Origin: Trichoplax adhaerens
Taxonomy: Eukaryota; Animalia; Placozoa
Assembly: GCF_000150275.1 (NCBI RefSeq)
Contig: NW_002060946.1
Span: 6,176,597-6,240,596, forward strand
Length of the DNA stretch: 64,000 nucleotides
Direction: 5' to 3'
A model generated the notes under the pieces. It had not been told where the DNA came from. It did no database searches and saw only the letters and a list, made by a program, of their open reading frames with translations. The position numbers were made by a program, and so were the translations under genes. Shown piece by piece: positions 55,487-64,000 of the stretch (position 1 is its first letter; the number at the start of each line of letters is the position of its first letter).

Positions 55487-56187
55487 TGTATTAGTAAAAT
55501 CATTGAATCGAATCGAATCTTGAGGATAAATCTTTCTTCAGTACTGTATAAGATGCTATCCTCCGGAGTATCTTTAATTATAATAGTGCTCTTTAGCTGT
55601 GTACATCTCTCTCTTTAAGCTTCTTAGCTGTTATATTCCCTGATTTTGTACTGTAACTGTCTCTGTATTCTCGGTTTGTCTTATAATAAACCTCATTAAC
55701 CTATCTGCCTTCGTGTTTACTGAACCCGAAACGTAGAGTAAATATTCATCATGACTGTATGATGTACTGTACTGTACAGTATAGTACTGGGTAGGGGATA
55801 TGGAAAATAAATTCGGCAGTCTATCATTTTCTAGTCATTTCCACTCGACGTTATGACTGAAAGCGTATACCATACTGTACAAAATCAACCAAGCAGCTAA
55901 CAGACAGTATGAACACATCAATGTTGATAAAATAAGAATTTTGGACATCATGTCTTCCATAGAACTTAGGAACTCGTTTACGACAGGGATATACTAACCA
56001 TCAATTAACTATTTATTGATCATAGCATAATGGTGCTATGTAGATAACAGTGTCCACTATACGTACGTACACTCCAGGTAATACTCCTGACTTTTCTAGA
56101 AAGATCGACGTAATGACTGATATTGTACTGTATGTACATTCGTCTGATGATTAAGGCTGAAGTTAACAGTGAGTACAGAATCATACT

Positions 56188-56358
56188 GTACAGTATCAGC
56201 CAGATGCCGAATTCAAACTCAAACGTCCAATTCATCAATCAGGTTATTTGCAAATCGTGAAAGCTTTGAGACCCTGAGGTACAGTATCAGCCAGACGTCT
56301 AGTTCAGACTCCAATGTCAAATTCGCAATTTAGGTCATTTGCAAATCGCGAAAGCTTT
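56188..56358. repeat. ~80-bp direct duplication (period 91 bp) between GHITM and GST copy 1
   Basis: gtacagtatcagccaga...agg.tatttgcaaatcg.gaaagcttt at 56188-56267 and 56279-56358. Confidence 0.85.
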
Positions 56359-56603
56359 TTGGAGTGCGTGAGATTGGTACAGAAAGCATATGCAAGCGCA
56401 AGACAACCATTATCTTGTGGAGTGGCCAATGAGAGCACGCTGCTGATTGTCATGTGACCCGTCTTGAGCACGACTCAGCGTTTTGATACCCCAAAACATT
56501 AAGGTCAAACCATGGAGGTTACTGTCATAATAAGAACAACAACAAATACGCGTCATACTTTTCACCTCATAATGATATAACATGACACGTTGGCTGTACA
56601 AGT

Positions 56604-56617
56604 AATTGCACTGTCAT
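56604..56617 (-). promoter_or_regulatory. Candidate antioxidant response element (CNC/small-Maf type) upstream of GST copy 1
   Basis: Minus strand ATGACAGTGCAATT fits RTGACnnnGCA plus an AT-rich flank, about 190 nt upstream of the GST ATG. Motif match only. Confidence 0.35.
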
Positions 56618-56788
56618 GCTGTTTACGGCCCACAGTACAGCAATGTGCAGTACAATGTACTGTACACTGTACAGTACTATCTTCAGTCAAAGTCAAATAA
56701 ATACCGACTTGAACCTTTCATTATTCCATTTCGGCCTGCATTTGCTAGAGCTATTAACACGTTCAATAATTGACAGTATTTAGTCTGA

Positions 56789-58797
<2,009 letters not shown>

Positions 58798-60007
58798 AGA
58801 AGCTGTTTCGTAATAGTGTCTACTATTTTCCTAGAGGATGATAGTTATGTAGGGTAAATTCAATTTTTAAACTATGCAATAATCAATTTTCCACAGCTTA
58901 TTGGTTATTGGTATGCTGAGAAAGACACTCGTATATGCTTTAATCGAATTCAGCATACCTTTTGAGGGTTATCATAGTTTTGTTGCATTTTGAAATCTCT
59001 TTAGTAAGGTTGCCCGTATTAATGGATAGCTGCTAGATAGTATATTTATTACCTTTGGTAACGTAAAGTAATATCTTTATGTGATTTTGTATTAGGCACT
59101 ATTACATAGCCAGCAAAAATTTGCGAGTAAATAAACAGCAATACATCATCAAATGTAAAGTGTGAAAGAGGACTTGATTACACGATCGCGTCGGGTTTAG
59201 AAACACATTGTAGTTTACTGGGTATAGTGTGCTAGAGAGAACAGCCATGCTTCACTTAAACAAAGTACCACTGATATAAAATTGTTTAAAGGTGAAATAA
59301 GTTCGATTGGAAACCATTACAAAAATTTTTGACGCTTTGTATGGAAACAACTGAAATAAGGTGTCATGTCGAACTGTTGAAGTCTGTAGCTGCTGCGCAG
59401 CAATGCTCAAATAACCTCGGTTAAGACGGTGCTATCAGCTTATGAAAAGGATTTTTAAGTCTGCATTTTATACGATACTGTATTCTGTACAGTGTACAGA
59501 ATAGTACTACTAGCTCACAGTCCTAGTTGAAGCAAAGTGATAGCGTGTATAACTACACTGTGGTGATTGACTGAGTGCAATCATATTTACCATGTTACAT
59601 GATGAATTATAGCGAAAAATGCTCGATACTTTGGCAAAATTTGGGCTCCAGTTTGCAGCAGGGGGCAAATCGCAATACGTAATCGTATAAAATTCTATAG
59701 TACTGTCCAGTACAGTAGGATGGACTGCAGCTGCTCCGTAAGAATAAAACTCGCGCTGAAAAACTGTTTACTTTTAGAGGGGAGGGGTATTGTACAGAAT
59801 GGTCGCATTGGTCAGTCTACGCCTAATCTAAAAGAACATCACAATTCTCATCAGCGAGACAAATTATACATCAATGTTGATAGTTTGAGGATAGGTCAGA
59901 CAAGAAAATTTCAAGTACTTTACGTCAAAACTACTTCGATATCTCCCCTGTTTACAGCAAACAGCGTCTACTAGTCTTTATCAGAACTTTTACAAATTGA
60001 TTTCACA

Positions 60008-61729
60008 ATGCCCAGCTACCGTTTAACGTACTTTGACGCTCGAGGCCGTGGCGAAGTTATTCGTTATTTATTTGTTTTAGCTGATGTCCCTTATCAAGAT
60101 GTTCGCGTTACTTCGGAAGAATGGAGAGAGATAAAAAGTGGTTGGTGCTGTAATATATTTTTAAACATTGCTAATTTTGCCCCCAAAATCAATCCAGCTT
60201 CAATCTAGAAATAGAATGTAGTGCAAAGAAATTCTGTATGTATCCTAATCTCTCTAGCTGTACGCAATCTACACAATCGTAGTACTACAGCTTTAATGCT
60301 GTCGAGACAGCGAAATAAAATTACTCTATTTCCTTTTATCGCTTCTATACAATTGTCAATTTTACCATTAGTGGTAATCTGTCAGAAATTGACATAGTTT
60401 TCCTACTGTACTTTTTAACTATGTAAAAATATAATAACTACATAATATAAACAATTATTTACGATGAAAATGATTGAAAAGTTTTAATCTAAACTGCAGA
60501 CATTAAGGCTCCTTTTGGACAACTTCCGATATTAGAAGTTGATGATAAAGTACTGTGCCAAAGTGACGCAATTGCAGTCTATCTTGCTCGAGAATTTGGT
60601 AGGCATTGATAATACTGTATAAGTACTTAAGATATACGAGTAAATCTAATTGCTACTCGTCTTACACTATAATTATTTATCTATTTCTTATAGTTAATTG
60701 TAGGATGTTATTACTATACACTTGTACGCTTATTACTCCTTAGTTACGGCTTTAATTAAACATAACTCGCATTGATCTTGTACAATTATACTTATGTTTC
60801 GAGTTTTACAACGACAAAGGCACACAAAAAGATTGTCAAGTTTATTTTGCTTTGTTAAATCGATTTATTAATGCAACGGATATAGCTAGATAAACCTTCA
60901 TCATCTGAATACCTGATGTAATAATATGTTATATTGTAGGATTAACTGGTAAAACTAGTTGGGATGAATACAGAGTTTACGTCGTTCAAGGAGCTGTTAA
61001 TGATTTGATAGCTAAGCTTATTGATATTCACTACTACACGGACGAAGAAACTAAAAAGGTAAGACTTCAGCATGGTAGATTTATAATATGATCATGATAT
61101 GGCATACAATACAGTACTGTATTCAATGTAATGCATTTACTAGTAACTGGTATTTACTGGGCAGTTATCGTTAGATATCTTAATCAATGTTTTATGATGG
61201 TTTAAGTTATTATCTATTTATTACCTTCTTGTTATTTGTGGAAAGTACAGAAACTATTCTAAGCACGTAGTAATATGCAGTGACTCATGTAATAGTTTGT
61301 CAACTGTAGAAAGTTAATATGTTTTTACGCATCCGGTGCCATTTTTTTACAGGCCGAAAAACAGAAAGATTTCTCTGAAAATTTTCTTCCTTCATGGTTA
61401 AGTGCTGTTGAAAAAGTATATAAGGAAGGTGGTACCAGTTTTTTCGTTGGTGACTCAGTAAGTACTAAGTAATACATGTGAGATAGCTCCAAGCTATAAT
61501 TTACAGATATATACTGTGTAATCGTTATCAACTTATTCTTACCGTTATTGCATTTTACTTTTAGCTGACCCTTGGCGATTTACATTTTCTTTTCGCTGGC
61601 GAGACCCTCCAAATGCTTGACAAAGATATCTTTAAAAGTGCCCCTGCTTTGGATGAGCTGTTCGATCGCATAGCTAACATTCCCAAAATTAAAGCTTGGA
61701 GAGAAAAGCGCCCGGAAACAGATTTCTAA
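60008..61729 (+). CDS. Sigma-class glutathione S-transferase, copy 2
   Basis: MPSYRLTYFDARGRGEVIR, APFGQLPILEVDDKVLCQSDAIAVYLAREF, LTLGDL, WREKRPETDF*; same five-exon layout as copy 1. Confidence 0.95.
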
Positions 61730-62267
61730 ACATGCAGTAAAGTTGCAGCGCTTTTGTTTTCCTTTAGAACTGGTAATTTGTATTGCAATTCCTAACTTAT
61801 ACTACAACCAATCTCCCTAACTTATAGTTGAAGCTTCTAAGAAATTTGTTTGTTCTTTAACGATTGAATGATGTTGTCAAATGATAATTATAATTGCTAT
61901 AACAGTATATTTACAGTAAAATCTTTACGAGATTCTTAAATCCTCAAATGAATCTGGATACAGTATCAAGTTGAGCATTTTAAGACGGCACTACCGCATG
62001 AACACCAGCTACATTAGCAACCCAAATGACTTTAAAATTAAGTTACGGATTACTTGAGTAAAGTTCTCCCTGTGATTATGCTCGTTGGTAATCTTAAAAT
62101 TAAGTTATGAATTGCTAATGTTCTATTCATACTTTAGCTCTGTAGTAACTGTAGTTTGTAGTCATAACAGTGATGACCTTAACATTGTCTGCCAGTTCGT
62201 CAACACTATAATTGTTGCTCACTAAGAACTCTGAAAGTGTGGTTTAAGAACATCTGTGTACGTAAAT

Positions 62268-62590
62268 TAGTTAAAATTCCGATACGAACTATGACTTTAA
62301 CAGATCATCTTAAAATTTTCGAGCACTATGTATGAAATCACGATAACTGTGCTTGGTAAAATTTAAATTTGTTTATCTACCATTTTTATCTATTGTTTAC
62401 ACAATGACAATTGTTTTAACCCTTAGTAAATTTTTAATTAAAATTGTAGATTGTAAAGCTCTTTGTTGACAACTACCAATATTGGAAGTCGACGGTAAAA
62501 TATTATGGCAAAGCAGCACAGTTACTACCTATCTTGCTCGAGAATTTGGTATGCTTCTACCTTGTACAATGCATTGCTATTCGTCTTACT
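62268..62590 (+). pseudogene. GST pseudogene fragment (orphan exon 2 derived from copy 1)
   Basis: 99-nt exon 62450-62548 reads CKALC*QLPILEVDGKILWQSSTVTTYLAREF, with TGA replacing the Gly of PFGQLP. Flanks match GST1 introns 1 and 2; no exon 1 or exons 3-5 are present. Confidence 0.9.
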
Positions 62591-63240
62591 GAGAAAAATA
62601 CGACGTATAATATACTTTAATCGAATTCAGCATACCTTTTGAGTGTTATCAAAGTTTTGTTGTATTTTGGAATCTCTCTAATGAAGTTTTCCGTGTTGAT
62701 GGATAGCTGCTAGTATATTACCTTTCGTAAAGTAAAGTAATATCTTTATGTGATTTTGTAACGGGTACTGTTACATAGCCAGTAAGAATACACGAGTAAA
62801 TAAACAGCAATACATCGTGAAATCTAAACCGTAAGAGCGGACTAGATTACACGATCGCGTCGAGTTTAGAAACACAATGTAATCTAATTTACTGAGTGTA
62901 GTGTACTAGAGAGAACAGTCATACTACACTTGAGCAAATTATAGATATAGAGAATTAAAATATTATAGATATAAAATTGTTTAAAGGTGAAAGATAAGTT
63001 AGACTGGAAACCATTACGAGAATTGTTGACGCTTTGTATGGAAATATCTGAAATGAGGTGTTCTATCGAACTATTCAAGTCCCTAACTGCTACACAGAGA
63101 CTTAGGAATACATTCTAAATCTTGATGAGATGCTCAAATAGCCTCGGTTCATATTTTAGGTTTTTGAATGTGCTACTTTGCATTTAAATCATATTTACCG
63201 TGTTCTACGACGAATGGTAGCGAAAATGCTTGAGACCTCG
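62590..63240 (+). repeat. Duplicate of the GST1 3' flank / GST1-GST2 spacer
   Basis: 62590-~63240 aligns with 58917-~59640 (shared ctttaatcgaattcagcatacctttt, aaagtaatatctttatgtgattttgta, gattacacgatcgcgtcg, gatataaaattgtttaaaggtgaaa). Confidence 0.9.
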
Positions 63241-63956
63241 ACTAAAGCACAAGCTAGCATACTATAATGCTCAAGAGAGTGAACAACACAACCAGATTAT
63301 GAATTTATGCTCTCCGGTTTGCAGGAGCAGCAGATTATTTATTGCTAAACGTAATCGATACAGTCAGCAGTGATAGTGTAGTAACAGTGTACCGCAGAGG
63401 ATATAAATAACAGTATGGCCGTTATAAAATTTACTTCACAGTAAAATAGTATTCAACATGGAAACGCTTGTCCAATACTTCTGACAACTCAAGTGTAATA
63501 AACTTTGATCGAAAATTTTATAGTACTGTACAGTACATTAATGCATGTCTGCATCATTTTAAACACAAATACTGAGGGTAAAAACTTTCATTATTAACTG
63601 AAATAAAGGAGTCGACTTATTTTTATTATGTTCATCAATTTAAACGGCATCACATTATCAGAGATCGTAAATGATTTGGCTATTTTCTTCCATATTGATT
63701 TGATGGTCGTACACTAGCGAAGGGCGTACTGTACAGTGTACAGTAGACGTTTATTTGCAGAGAACGGAATAGCCCCGCCCCTAGTAGAACGTCATAAGTC
63801 AACCCTAAAGATGCTCCAGTCACCTGTGACGTCAGTGTTTATAGCCTAATAAATTCACCATTAAATAGGTAAAGTACGTCAGAAGGACTTCCAACGTCTC
63901 CTGTAAGCGTGCACGCTTTGCTGAAAGATCTTTGTCGGAACTTTTACGATTTCATA

Positions 63957-64000
63957 ATGCCCAACTACCGTTTAACGTACTTTGAGGCTCGAGGTCGTGC
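63957..64000 (+). CDS. Sigma-class GST, further copy (5' end only, runs off the window)
   Basis: ATG CCC AAC TAC CGT TTA ACG TAC TTT GAG GCT CGA GGT CGT = MPNYRLTYFEARGR, nearly identical to the start of copy 2. Confidence 0.85.
   Translation, partial: MPNYRLTYFEARGR

Noticed and set aside
62464-62469. In-frame TGA in a GST exon as possible selenocysteine
   Set aside because: It replaces a structural Gly, neighbouring residues are also degraded, and the other exons are missing, so this is a pseudogene.

Overview
AT-rich (roughly two-thirds A+T) animal genomic DNA with compact genes and many short GT-AG introns; composition, intron size and gene content suggest a placozoan (Trichoplax-like), which is inference only. 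Reading exons by hand gives 10 intact or near-complete protein-coding genes: a PDZ + 3xSH3 SORBS/CAP-family adaptor (+), RNLS (-), FBXL15 (+), DAPP1/Bam32 (-, 5' end unresolved), METAP1 (+), an ELOVL elongase (-), TBL3/UTP13 (+), WDPCP/fritz (-), GHITM (-) and two sigma-class GSTs counted as one locus (+). There is also a tRNA-Pro(TGG), a deleted GST pseudogene and the start of a further GST at the window edge. Main findings: (1) a 13-bp TGTACA-N-TGTACA element recurring near the 5' ends of most genes; (2) a triplicated 41-nt first coding exon of TBL3, each copy with an intact ATG and donor; (3) an ALP/Enigma/synaptopodin-type PDZ spliced in frame to a SORBS triple-SH3 module; (4) a gene set whose human homologues cluster on 4q/10q; (5) a GST array in birth-and-death evolution. 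No prokaryotic systems, CRISPR arrays or recognisable transposase/RT ORFs were seen. All family calls rest on remembered motifs, not database searches.
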